Of a stretch of DNA of 40,000 bases, positions 27,999 to 36,416 are shown in pieces. A program made the translations under genes and the position numbers. The stretch is from the NCBI GenBank assembly GCA_944392945.1, contig CALXYJ010000003.1, positions 93,189-133,188 of the forward strand, in the 5' to 3' direction. How positions within the stretch are numbered: position 1 is the stretch's first letter; each line of letters opens with the position of its first letter. Below the pieces are notes generated by a model. It did not search any database and was not told the origin of the DNA. It worked only from the letters and a program-made list of their open reading frames with translations. Source of the DNA: an uncultured Clostridia bacterium. GTDB taxonomy: Bacteria > Bacillota > Clostridia > TANB77 > CAG-508.

Positions 27999-30422
27999 TT
28001 AGTCTCTTAATTTAGCTCCACATCTCTTATCTAGAGTCTTTAGTATGCTGTTCATTTTTTCATTTATTTGCTCAGATGTCATAGTAGTTCCTTCATTTAG
28101 TATTTTTACTTTTAATGTCACTGATTTCTTTCCTTCTGGAATTTGATTTCCTCTATATTCATCTACAAATTCGATTTCTTTTACCTTAGATTGAATACTT
28201 TCTTCAATCTCTTTCCAAGAGACTTGCTCATCGACTATAATTGATAAATCTTTTTCTACTAATGGTAGTTCTGGCAATCTTTCATATTCATTTGTTCTTG
28301 AAGCATATGGAACAAATTTATCTGTATTAATTTCAAACATTGCTACATTAGTTCTTTTTATTTTTGTATCTGCCATTACTTTTACAGAAACTAATCCTAA
28401 TGTTCCAATTACTTCATTACCTTTAACTACATTTAAGTAAGCATTAACATCCGCCCAATATGGTTTCTCCATTTTTTCTAATTTAAGATCTTCCATATGG
28501 CAATATCTAGACATATTTTCGATTACTCCTTTTGCTTCATAGAATATTTCTTTTGCATCTTTTCCAACTATGCATCCTGTTAAATAATTCTTTTGAATTG
28601 GCAAAATTTCATCTTCTGAAGATGGTCTATAATCACCTTTTTCATAAACTTCTTCACAATCAAATAATCTAAATTCATCATAATATCTTAAGTTTTTAGA
28701 AACTGCTTCTAACATTCCTGGTATTAAAGAACTTCTTAAATAGGCTAAATCTGGTGCTGGTGGAGTCGCTAATTTTAAGCATTTATCCATATTTGTTCCA
28801 ACTGCCTTAATATATTTTTCCTCAATCCATGGATATGTAAAAATTTCATAAAATCCACATCTAAATGCTAAATATTCTTTAATTCTTCTTTCTAATAAAA
28901 CGTCATTTTGTTTTACAGAATGTTCAAAAGTTATAGTAATAGGTTTAGCCTCAAAACTATCAAAACTTAATATTCTTGCAATGTCTCCCATAACATCATC
29001 TTTAATTGTTACATCACCTGTTGATCTCCATGTTGGAACTATTACATCATATTCCCCATTATGTAATGATATTTCATATCCAAGAGCTGTTAAAATTTGT
29101 TCAATTTTTTCTTGTGGTATTTTCTTTCCTAATCTTGTATCTAAGAATTCTTCACTTACTTTTATTTCATTCTTCTTAGTTTCGTTTGGGTAAACATCTG
29201 CATATTTAATTATTTTGCTATCTGGAAATACTTCTTTAATTAATCTTAATGCTAAATTTAATCCTTCATCTACCCTTTGTGTATCAACACCTTTTTCAAA
29301 TCTCATTGAAGCTTCTGTTTTTTCTGCAAATTTTTTATCTGTTTGTCTAACTGAATCTGCTGAGAAGTTTGCTACCTCTAATACAACTCCCTTTGTATCT
29401 GGTAATATAGAATCCTTCTTACCACCCTTAATTCCTGCTAATGCCATTGCATCATTTTCATCACATATTACTAAATCATCTGTTGAAAGTTCAATAAAAT
29501 TATTATCTAATAATAATAATTTTTCATTTTCTTTAGCATTCCTTACTATTATTTTTTCTCCACTTACATGTGTTTTGTCAAAAGCATGAAGTGGCTGACC
29601 TACTGCCATCATTACATAATTTGTAATATCTACAATAGCATTTATTGGTCTTTGACCTACTTTTGATAATAATGATTGCATCCACATTGGAGATGGTTTT
29701 TCATATATACCATCTATTTCTACTGCTACATATCTATTACATTTAGTTGTATCTTTTATTTCTACACTGTATTCTGGTAACTTAGGTAATTCGTATTTTG
29801 GTAGTTCTTTTAATGGTGCATCATATATAGCTGATAATTCCCTTGCAATTCCATAATGTCCCCATAAATCTGGTCTATTAGATAAAGATTTATTATCTAT
29901 TTCTAATACTGTATCATTCATTCCAAATAAATCAGCAACACTATCTCCTGGTTTGCAATCAAATCCTTTTAAATCAACTATTTCTTCTTCACCTTCGTTT
30001 GGGAAGAAATCGCTTAAATATACTTCTGTTGAAGCACAAATCATTCCATAGGAGCTTTCTCCTCTCATTTTTGTTTTTGTTATTTTAACAGGTTCTCCTT
30101 GACCATGCCAAACAACTTCTGCACCTGGTTTTGATACTACTACATATTCTCCAGCATAAAGATTAGAACCACCACATACAATTTGTACAGGTTCTTCTTC
30201 TCCAATATCTACCATACATATTCTTAATTTATCAGCATTTGGATGTTCTTTTATTTCTAAAATTTTTCCTACAACTATGTCATGAAATTTTTTAGCAATA
30301 TTTAGGGTTTCTTCTACTTCTACTGTTCTTAATGTCATATCATAGGCAATTTGTTCATCTGTTAAGCCTTCAGGTAAATCAACATATTTTCTAATTAAAT
30401 TTAATGATACTTTCATATTCAA
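27999..30422 (-). CDS. pheT: Phenylalanine--tRNA ligase beta subunit
   Basis: 807 aa. N-terminal tRNA-binding domain (HPNADKLRICMVDIG), B3/4 and B5 regions. Directly downstream of pheS. Confidence 0.92.
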   Translation of the reverse strand: MNMKVSLNLIRKYVDLPEGLTDEQIAYDMTLRTVEVEETLNIAKKFHDIVVGKILEIKEHPNADKLRICMVDIGEEEPVQIVCGGSNLYAGEYVVVSKPGAEVVWHGQGEPVKITKTKMRGESSYGMICASTEVYLSDFFPNEGEEEIVDLKGFDCKPGDSVADLFGMNDTVLEIDNKSLSNRPDLWGHYGIARELSAIYDAPLKELPKYELPKLPEYSVEIKDTTKCNRYVAVEIDGIYEKPSPMWMQSLLSKVGQRPINAIVDITNYVMMAVGQPLHAFDKTHVSGEKIIVRNAKENEKLLLLDNNFIELSTDDLVICDENDAMALAGIKGGKKDSILPDTKGVVLEVANFSADSVRQTDKKFAEKTEASMRFEKGVDTQRVDEGLNLALRLIKEVFPDSKIIKYADVYPNETKKNEIKVSEEFLDTRLGKKIPQEKIEQILTALGYEISLHNGEYDVIVPTWRSTGDVTIKDDVMGDIARILSFDSFEAKPITITFEHSVKQNDVLLERRIKEYLAFRCGFYEIFTYPWIEEKYIKAVGTNMDKCLKLATPPAPDLAYLRSSLIPGMLEAVSKNLRYYDEFRLFDCEEVYEKGDYRPSSEDEILPIQKNYLTGCIVGKDAKEIFYEAKGVIENMSRYCHMEDLKLEKMEKPYWADVNAYLNVVKGNEVIGTLGLVSVKVMADTKIKRTNVAMFEINTDKFVPYASRTNEYERLPELPLVEKDLSIIVDEQVSWKEIEESIQSKVKEIEFVDEYRGNQIPEGKKSVTLKVKILNEGTTMTSEQINEKMNSILKTLDKRCGAKLRD

Positions 30423-30430
30423 AATCCTTT

Positions 30431-31468
30431 CTAATTAAATTGTTTTAAAAATCTTAAATCTCCACTATGGAATAAACGTACATCATCTACTCCATATCTC
30501 ATCATTACTAATCTGTCTAATCCAATATTAATATAGAATCCTGTCCATTCGTCTGGATTTAATCCTGCTGATTTTAATACATTTGGATGAATTACACCAC
30601 CTGGCATAACTTCTATCCATCCATTATGATTACATACTTTACATCCTTTTCCACCACATACTAAACATTCCATATCTATTTCATATCCTGGTTCAGTAAA
30701 TGGAAAAAATCCTTCTCTCATTCTTGTTTTTATTTTTCTTCCAAAAACTTTTTCTAATATTGTTTGAATCATGACCATACCAGATGAAAAAGATATATCT
30801 TTATCAACTATTAATGCTTCATATTGGAAGAATGCTCTTTCATGTCTAGCATCAGTTGTTTCATTTCTATACACTTCTCCTGGATATACAAATCTTGCTG
30901 GAGCTCCATGCTTTAGTAAATATCTTACAGAACCACCTGTTAAATGTGGTCTTAAGCATAATCTTTCTGCACCTTCTTTATCTTCTGTTCCTTCAAGCCA
31001 ATAAGTATCCATAGATTGACGTGCAGGATGGTTTTTAGCAAAATTCAAATTATCAAATGCATATTTTTCACTACTTATATCATCTTCGCTATATACTTCA
31101 AAACCTAAAGATAAAAATGCATCATTTAAGTCATGTTTCATTTGGGTTATTGGGTGAAGTGCTCCTCCACTTACTTTTTTTCCAGGAATGGTTAAATCAA
31201 TTGGTTCATCTAATACACTCATAGAAGCAATAATTTCTTCTTCTTTTTCTTGTAAATTACCTAAAAAAGTATTTTTTATTTCTGTTGCCAACATTCCAAT
31301 TGTCTTTTTCTCTTCTACTGATAAATCTTTCATAGTTTTTAGAACTTCTGATAATTCGCTTTTTTTACCAGTTAATTCTTTTCTAACTTCTTCAAGTTCA
31401 GCAATAGTTTTTACGTCTTTAATTTTTTCCAAACCTTTTGTTTTGATTTCTTCTAATCTCTCTTTCAT
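30431..31468 (-). CDS. pheS: Phenylalanine--tRNA ligase alpha subunit
   Basis: Class II core motifs (HPARQSMDTYWL, FRNETTDARH, GFFPFTEPG). Start moved to MKERLEEIK (ATG 31466-31468), giving the usual ~345 aa. Confidence 0.9.
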   Translation of the reverse strand: MKERLEEIKTKGLEKIKDVKTIAELEEVRKELTGKKSELSEVLKTMKDLSVEEKKTIGMLATEIKNTFLGNLQEKEEEIIASMSVLDEPIDLTIPGKKVSGGALHPITQMKHDLNDAFLSLGFEVYSEDDISSEKYAFDNLNFAKNHPARQSMDTYWLEGTEDKEGAERLCLRPHLTGGSVRYLLKHGAPARFVYPGEVYRNETTDARHERAFFQYEALIVDKDISFSSGMVMIQTILEKVFGRKIKTRMREGFFPFTEPGYEIDMECLVCGGKGCKVCNHNGWIEVMPGGVIHPNVLKSAGLNPDEWTGFYINIGLDRLVMMRYGVDDVRLFHSGDLRFLKQFN

Positions 31469-31603
31469 ACGCTCTATCCTTTCTAATATAGTAATTAGGA
31501 GACGGTCTTTTTTATTTTTAGATAGGAATATTATGACCGTCAATTCTCCCTATTTAATATGGCTTTTTATTTTGAATGCTTACTCGATCATTTTTTTAGC
31601 AAT

Positions 31604-31780
31604 CAAAAAACGAGCAATCTTCCATAAAGGACGATTTGCTCGTGGTACCACCTTTTTTTATAGTATTTCTACTACCTCATTACAGATTAACGCTCTTACA
31701 CGATTTGACTCCATTATTGAAATTCGTTAATTTGTCTTTCTATTGTAGCTTCCAGTCTATGACTACAATTCCCTGATTAG
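31604..31780 (-). promoter_or_regulatory. T-box leader (tRNA-Phe sensing) with terminator/antiterminator
   Basis: The minus strand contains the T-box sequence AAAGGTGGTACCACGAGCAAATCG, which overlaps the 5' half of the terminator CGAGCAAATCGTCC...GGAAGATTGCTCG + TTTTTT. Stem I distal hairpin is TTGTAG...CTACAA (31743-31768). A UUC triplet followed by A (31719-31721) sits on the 3' side of stem I. Confidence 0.8.
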
Positions 31781-32011
31781 ATTTACATACTAACTACTTT
31801 GATAATTTCTTCGTCAACATTTATTAATCTACTAAATTATATTGCCTTTTTTCCTATTTGTCAAATATTTATACTAAATTTGTTGCTTAGTAATACGTAA
31901 AATAAGACTTTATATAAATTACTATTAATCTATTACATCATAATCATCAATTACATCCTCACCATTATTTGGATTACATTTTAGGTATTTTGTCAAAATG
32001 GATACACCATA

Positions 32012-32046
32012 AAGGGCAGGTAGTTTTTGGCGAACTATCTGCCCTT
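32012..32046 (-). terminator. GC-rich hairpin after the flavin reductase gene
   Basis: AAGGGCAGGTAGTT / AACTATCTGCCCTT, a 14-bp stem with one mismatch. The U-tract on the minus strand is weak. Confidence 0.5.
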
Positions 32047-32058
32047 TAATTTATATTG

Positions 32059-32625
32059 CTATTTTTTTAATTTTAAACCATCTTTAAAAGCTTCTCCTAC
32101 TCTTTCAGTAACTTTATAGTATCCATGAGTATATGGATCAAATGCAATAGCATTAACTAACTCGATATCAACATTTTCTCCATTCATTACACTTTCATCA
32201 GCTGTTACATTTACCACTTTTCCTATTACTCCACAACCATATTCGTCATCTTGATATTCTATAAATTCACATTCAAAACAAATAGGAAATTCATTTATAA
32301 TCGGTGCATCTACATTTTCTGATTTTGTAGCTGTTAATCCACTATTTTCAAATTTATTAGGAGTATTATTTCCTGATACAACTCCAAAATAATCTGCTTC
32401 AACAACATGTTTGCTATCAGCAATGCTTACTGTAAATGCTTTTCTTTTTTTAATATTTTTAACAGTCTTATGTGTTTCTGTTAAATTTAATATTACTTGA
32501 TTTCTACTTAACATAGTTCCCCATGCTGCATTCATAACATCAATACTTCCATCTTCGTTATATGTTGCTATCATTAATACAGGCATTGGAAATATTGCTT
32601 CAGTAGTTTTAATATTTTTTCTCAT
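32059..32625 (-). CDS. Flavin reductase-like (FMN-binding split-barrel) protein
   Basis: 188 aa. The N-terminal PMPVLMIATYNEDGSIDVMNAAW pattern is typical of the flavin reductase domain family. Confidence 0.7.
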   Translation of the reverse strand: MRKNIKTTEAIFPMPVLMIATYNEDGSIDVMNAAWGTMLSRNQVILNLTETHKTVKNIKKRKAFTVSIADSKHVVEADYFGVVSGNNTPNKFENSGLTATKSENVDAPIINEFPICFECEFIEYQDDEYGCGVIGKVVNVTADESVMNGENVDIELVNAIAFDPYTHGYYKVTERVGEAFKDGLKLKK

Positions 32626-32787
32626 TTTAAATTCCTCCTATTAAAATTTTGTAAATATTTCCGTTAGTACATTCCAACCTTCAGCTTTCGTTCTTAATAT
32701 ATAAATTCATATATTATTGACGATATAGTCTTCTATAGTAAATCTAAAATTGAATATTCATTATTATTTCCATACTTTCTTAAAATA

Positions 32788-32816
32788 TTTACAACTGCAT
32801 TATATAATGCTATAAT
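32788..32816 (+). promoter_or_regulatory. hxlR-family gene promoter with embedded palindromic operator candidate
   Basis: TTTACA (32788-32793), 17-nt spacer, TATAAT (32811-32816). The spacer contains the perfect 14-bp palindrome GCATTATATAATGC (32797-32810). Confidence 0.55.
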
Positions 32817-32852
32817 TCCTTTGTAAAGTACTAACCTAAAGGAGAGTGTAAC

Positions 32853-33188
32853 ATGAAAGAATGTATAAAACCTAATATGAATTTTGAAGAAACTGGATTT
32901 GCATATAGTATGTCTTTAATATCTGGTAAATATAAATTATCTATTTTATATTCTTTAGCATTTTATGGTCCATTTAGATATAATGAACTAAAAAGATTTT
33001 TAGATCCGATTTCTTTTAAAACATTAACCTCTAATTTAAAAGATTTAGAAAACAATAAATTAATTATAAGAAAAGAATATCATGAAATACCGCCTAAAGT
33101 AGAATACTATTTATCCAATAAAGGAAAATCTTTAATGCCAATATTAGATCAATTATGCGATTGGGGTCAAAAAAATAAACAAGTTTAA
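32853..33188 (+). CDS. HxlR-family winged-helix transcriptional regulator
   Basis: 111 aa. Pattern SLISGKYKLSILYSL...GPFRYNELKRFL..ISFKTLTSNLKDLENNKLIIRKEYHEIPPKVEYYLSNKG. Confidence 0.8.
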   Translation: MKECIKPNMNFEETGFAYSMSLISGKYKLSILYSLAFYGPFRYNELKRFLDPISFKTLTSNLKDLENNKLIIRKEYHEIPPKVEYYLSNKGKSLMPILDQLCDWGQKNKQV

Positions 33189-33209
33189 ATGATCTTGTTT
33201 ATTTTTTAT
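33171..33209 (+). terminator. Intrinsic terminator overlapping the end of the hxlR-family gene
   Basis: AATAAACAAG (33174-33183) / CTTGTTTATT (33194-33203) followed by TTTTT. An A-run upstream makes it look bidirectional. Confidence 0.6.
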
Positions 33210-33309
33210 TAAAATTCATCTACTATATTCAATATATCTTTATCTATTGTTTCTATTATGATTTTATTTAAATCCCATTTATTTTAGCAATAAGTGTTTA
33301 TTCTATCTT

Positions 33310-33338
33310 TGAACTTTAAGGAACGTCCCTAAAGTTCA
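33310..33338 (-). repeat. Hairpin repeat copy E (sense on -, consensus copy)
   Basis: Minus strand reads TGAACTTTAGGGACGTTCCTTAAAGTTCA. Its TAG (33329-33331) is the stop codon of the sirtuin gene. Confidence 0.9.
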
Positions 33339-34153
33339 TTTAAAACTTTCTTTATGTCATCTTCAATTAATATACTTCTGTCATTAATATCTAAAAATGT
33401 ACTACTGTTGTCTTTATTTATTCTAACTAGTTTCCAATTAGAGTTTTTATAAATCATTTGTTCAAACGGAATTCGTATAATTCCAGGAGTATTAAATCCC
33501 ACTCCTAACTCCAATAATACAACATGTTTATCTTTAGTTGTATCTAAAAATTCTCCATATCTTTCATCTTGTTTATACCAATGCTCATCTTCTACGAAAT
33601 ATGCATCTTTCCTAATGTTTACATCCATTGTTTCTCCGCAAGCCGGACAAACAGGAACAAGTTCTGAAGGTATTTTACAATCATGAATATTTTGTAACAT
33701 TTTTGATACTAAATCTTTCGCATCATATAACTTATTATGACAAGCATTACTACATTGAATATATCTATAACTTCCTTGTGTTGCAAATATCTTATTTTTA
33801 TCAAATCCAGACTTATAAAATTGATCATCTACATTTGTAGTTATAACAAAGTAGTTTTTGCTTTTCACTATATCGAATAATTTTTTATATAGCTCTGTAG
33901 CTCCCATTCCGGTATCATTTACATATATGTGTTTTGCCCAATATGCCCATTTTTCTTCTTCTGTATCAAAATCATAGAATGAAGATGTATACATATCAGT
34001 AAAATTATATTTTTTAATAAAGTCTGCAAAATTATCTTCAAATCTTTTACCAAAATATTCGATTCCTGATGCTGTAGAAAGTCCCGAACCCGCACCTATT
34101 AGAACATATTCGGCTTCATCTATTAATTTATTAATTTCCGATATTTTGTTCAT
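33329..34153 (-). CDS. SIR2-family protein, class-M-like sirtuin (putative ADP-ribosyltransferase)
   Basis: GAGSGLSTASGI NAD motif, TTNVDD, QGS where canonical sirtuins have HG(S/T), and a Zn site CSNAC...CPACG. I prefer the start at MNKISE (ATG 34153) behind AGAGGAGGA. It overlaps the macro gene by 23 nt. Confidence 0.75.
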   Translation of the reverse strand: MNKISEINKLIDEAEYVLIGAGSGLSTASGIEYFGKRFEDNFADFIKKYNFTDMYTSSFYDFDTEEEKWAYWAKHIYVNDTGMGATELYKKLFDIVKSKNYFVITTNVDDQFYKSGFDKNKIFATQGSYRYIQCSNACHNKLYDAKDLVSKMLQNIHDCKIPSELVPVCPACGETMDVNIRKDAYFVEDEHWYKQDERYGEFLDTTKDKHVVLLELGVGFNTPGIIRIPFEQMIYKNSNWKLVRINKDNSSTFLDINDRSILIEDDIKKVLNEL

Positions 34154-34919
34154 AAATTCTATAATCCTCCTCTTTATAAACATTAAATACTATTTTGTCA
34201 ATCTTATCTTTATTTTCCTTTAAAAAGTTTTCTACTGCTGATATTGCAATTTTGCAAGCCTCATCTTGTGGAAATCTAAATTCTCCAGTTGATATACAAG
34301 GAAATGCAATAGTTCTTATTCCTTTTTGAATTGCTAACTTTAATGAATTTATATAACAATTGCTTAACTCTCTTTTCTCCTTTTCTGTTACTCTTTCATA
34401 AATTATTGGTCCAACTGTATGAATTACATATTTAGCCGGTAAATTATACCCGTTTGTAATAAAAGCTTTCCCAGTTGGAAGAAAATAATTTTTCTTCTTC
34501 ATAATTTCATTACATTCAAGTCTAATTGATACTCCTGCATTACTTCCAATGATGTTGTCCACACAAGAGTGTAATGGTACAAAACAACCTAATCCCTGTG
34601 AATTTGCAGCATTTACAATAGCATCTATTTTTAAAGTAGTTATATCTCCTTTCCATAAACATATCTTATCATTGTATGGTAAATTAGGATTTTGAATTGT
34701 TTTTATGTCTACTACATTTGTAATATTCTTTTTATTGAGCTCTTCTTGTAAATACTCATTTTCAATTTTTAAATATTTTTCTGAAATTGGTTTTGCATCT
34801 CTTATATTACATAATGAACGGTATATTCTTTTTTTATCTTCATAAGATAATTTATTAATTTCTATAATTTCATTTCTTTCCTTTAACAAATAACCTATTA
34901 AATAATCTAATTTCTCCAA
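34131..34919 (-). CDS. Macrodomain protein (protein-ADP-ribose hydrolase type) with ~70-aa N-terminal extension
   Basis: LWKGDITTLKIDAIVNAANS, HSCVDNIIGSNAG, PCISTGEFRFP. TTG start behind AAGGAGGG. Confidence 0.8.
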   Translation of the reverse strand: MEKLDYLIGYLLKERNEIIEINKLSYEDKKRIYRSLCNIRDAKPISEKYLKIENEYLQEELNKKNITNVVDIKTIQNPNLPYNDKICLWKGDITTLKIDAIVNAANSQGLGCFVPLHSCVDNIIGSNAGVSIRLECNEIMKKKNYFLPTGKAFITNGYNLPAKYVIHTVGPIIYERVTEKEKRELSNCYINSLKLAIQKGIRTIAFPCISTGEFRFPQDEACKIAISAVENFLKENKDKIDKIVFNVYKEEDYRIYEQNIGN

Positions 34920-35070
34920 GATATCCCTCCTTTTGTTATAATAATTATACTCTCGTTTATTTTTATTGTTAAGTAGGCACTTTTTTGTAATATAGTTTCC
35001 TTTTAGATACTATTAGACATTTGGAATAATTATTACTTGTTTTTCAACAAAAAATCTCTTACTATACAAT

Positions 35071-35106
35071 AAAAAAGGAACTACTTTGAATAAAATAGTT
35101 CCTTTT
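35071..35106 (-). terminator. Intrinsic terminator downstream of the antiporter gene
   Basis: AAGGAACTA (35075-35083) / TAGTTCCTT (35096-35104). TTTTTT follows on the minus strand. Confidence 0.65.
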
Positions 35107-35293
35107 CATCCTACATATTATCTGTAACTACATGTAGAACTTTAAAAATAAAAGGGGATGTTTTTGTGCTTCCTGTATCATTACAGTAGCACCCTTAAAA
35201 TAAAATAATTTATCTTAAGTATATAGTATTATATTTTTTGAAAGTATAGATATGGTAAATTTAAAGTAAATAAATTGTGAATTTTTATATTTT

Positions 35294-36264
35294 CTAACTA
35301 ATACAAAAAATATAGATAAAATATATAATTATTAACATTAAACCACTTTTTCTATTTAGTTCACTATTTTTATTTATAGTCGTAACAAATTGTAAAAATA
35401 TAGTTACAATCATCAAAATTATAATAGAAAAATTAAAATCTGTAGCAAATGTTAACGGATTAATTACTGCTCCTAATCCTATTAATAAGCACAAATTTAT
35501 AATATTTGAACCCGAAATATTTCCTAAAAGTAAATCTGTTTCTTTTTTCCTTGCTGATATGATTCCAGTTATAATTTCTGGTAAAGCTGTTCCAAGAGCT
35601 ACGATGGTAGTACCTATAAATCTTTCAGATAATCCTAATGTATTTGCTACAGCTACAGAATTATCAACAACAAAATCCGAACCTAATTTTAAACCTAAAA
35701 TTCCTAAAATCGTATATATTATGATACTAAATATTGAATAATTCTCTTTAGATTTTACTTCTTTTATCATTTCTTCGTCTGCTTTTTCATTATGAATCTT
35801 CTTTTCTTCATAAATCGAATAAATTATATATAATATTGTACTAAAAATAAGTATAACACCTTGTCCTCTAGTAATTGTTTGTGCATCTCCAAGTTTTTCT
35901 GTATTTCCTAAAAATAATAGTAATAACATTGCAATCATACCAATTGGAAGATGTCTATTTATAATTCTTTTGTCAAATTTTACTGGTCTTATCAAACTTG
36001 TAATTCCTATTACAAATAAAAAATTGCAGATGCAACTACCTATTGCATTACCAATTATTAGGTCAGAGTGTCCATCTATTGCAGAAGTAATAGTAATAAA
36101 AATTTCTGGGAGAGATGTTCCCACAGCCAATATTGTTAAACCTATTACCATTTCTGATAATCCAAATTTTCTAGCTATACTTATATTCCTGCTTTTACTA
36201 AAAAATCTGCTCCTTTTATTAAAAATATGAATCCTATTATTATTGATATAATTTCTACTGCCAA
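35294..36264 (-). pseudogene. Ca2+/Na+ antiporter (CaCA/YrbG family) with an N-terminal frameshift
   Basis: The track ORF starts inside alpha-repeat 1 (GLTILAVGTSLPE). Upstream, a TTG start (36262-36264) behind AAAGGAG gives MAVEIISIIIGFIFLIKGADFLVKAGI* (stop 36181-36183). One extra A in GGAATA (about 36186) would join it to ...NISIARKFGLSEMVIGLTILAVGTSLPE. Confidence 0.7.
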
Positions 36265-36390
36265 ATATTTTCTCCTTTCTTTTGTATTTTAACTACTTTT
36301 TCTTTAGTTGTTTCTTTCAATAGTATTTTTATTATTATATCTTAATTTAGTTTTTTTATAATATCATAAAACCAAGTAATCAGCAACTAA

Positions 36391-36416
36391 TTACTTGGTT
36401 TATATTTTTATATTTA
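36391..36416 (+). repeat. Left copy of the 26-bp direct repeat flanking the IS
   Basis: TTACTTGGTTTATATTTTTATATTTA, identical to 37561-37586. Confidence 0.9.

Noticed and set aside
31500-31545. GACGGTC...(29 nt)...GACCGTC inverted repeat between the T-box terminator and the pheS start
   Set aside because: A 7-bp stem with a very large AT-rich loop has no obvious function. I note it only because the ORF track translates through it.
31900-32000. 24-codon acidic minus-strand ORF (TTG start) downstream of the flavin reductase terminator
   Set aside because: No RBS, a non-ATG start and no recognisable similarity. It is too short to support.
17850-33338. Hairpin repeats as integron attC sites, or as ordinary intrinsic terminators
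   Set aside because: For attC: the arms (TGAAC/GTTCA) do not fit RYYYAAC/GTTRRRY, the elements are much shorter than attC sites, and no integrase or attI is present. For terminators: no U-tract follows, and separate canonical terminators lie downstream of copies A and D.
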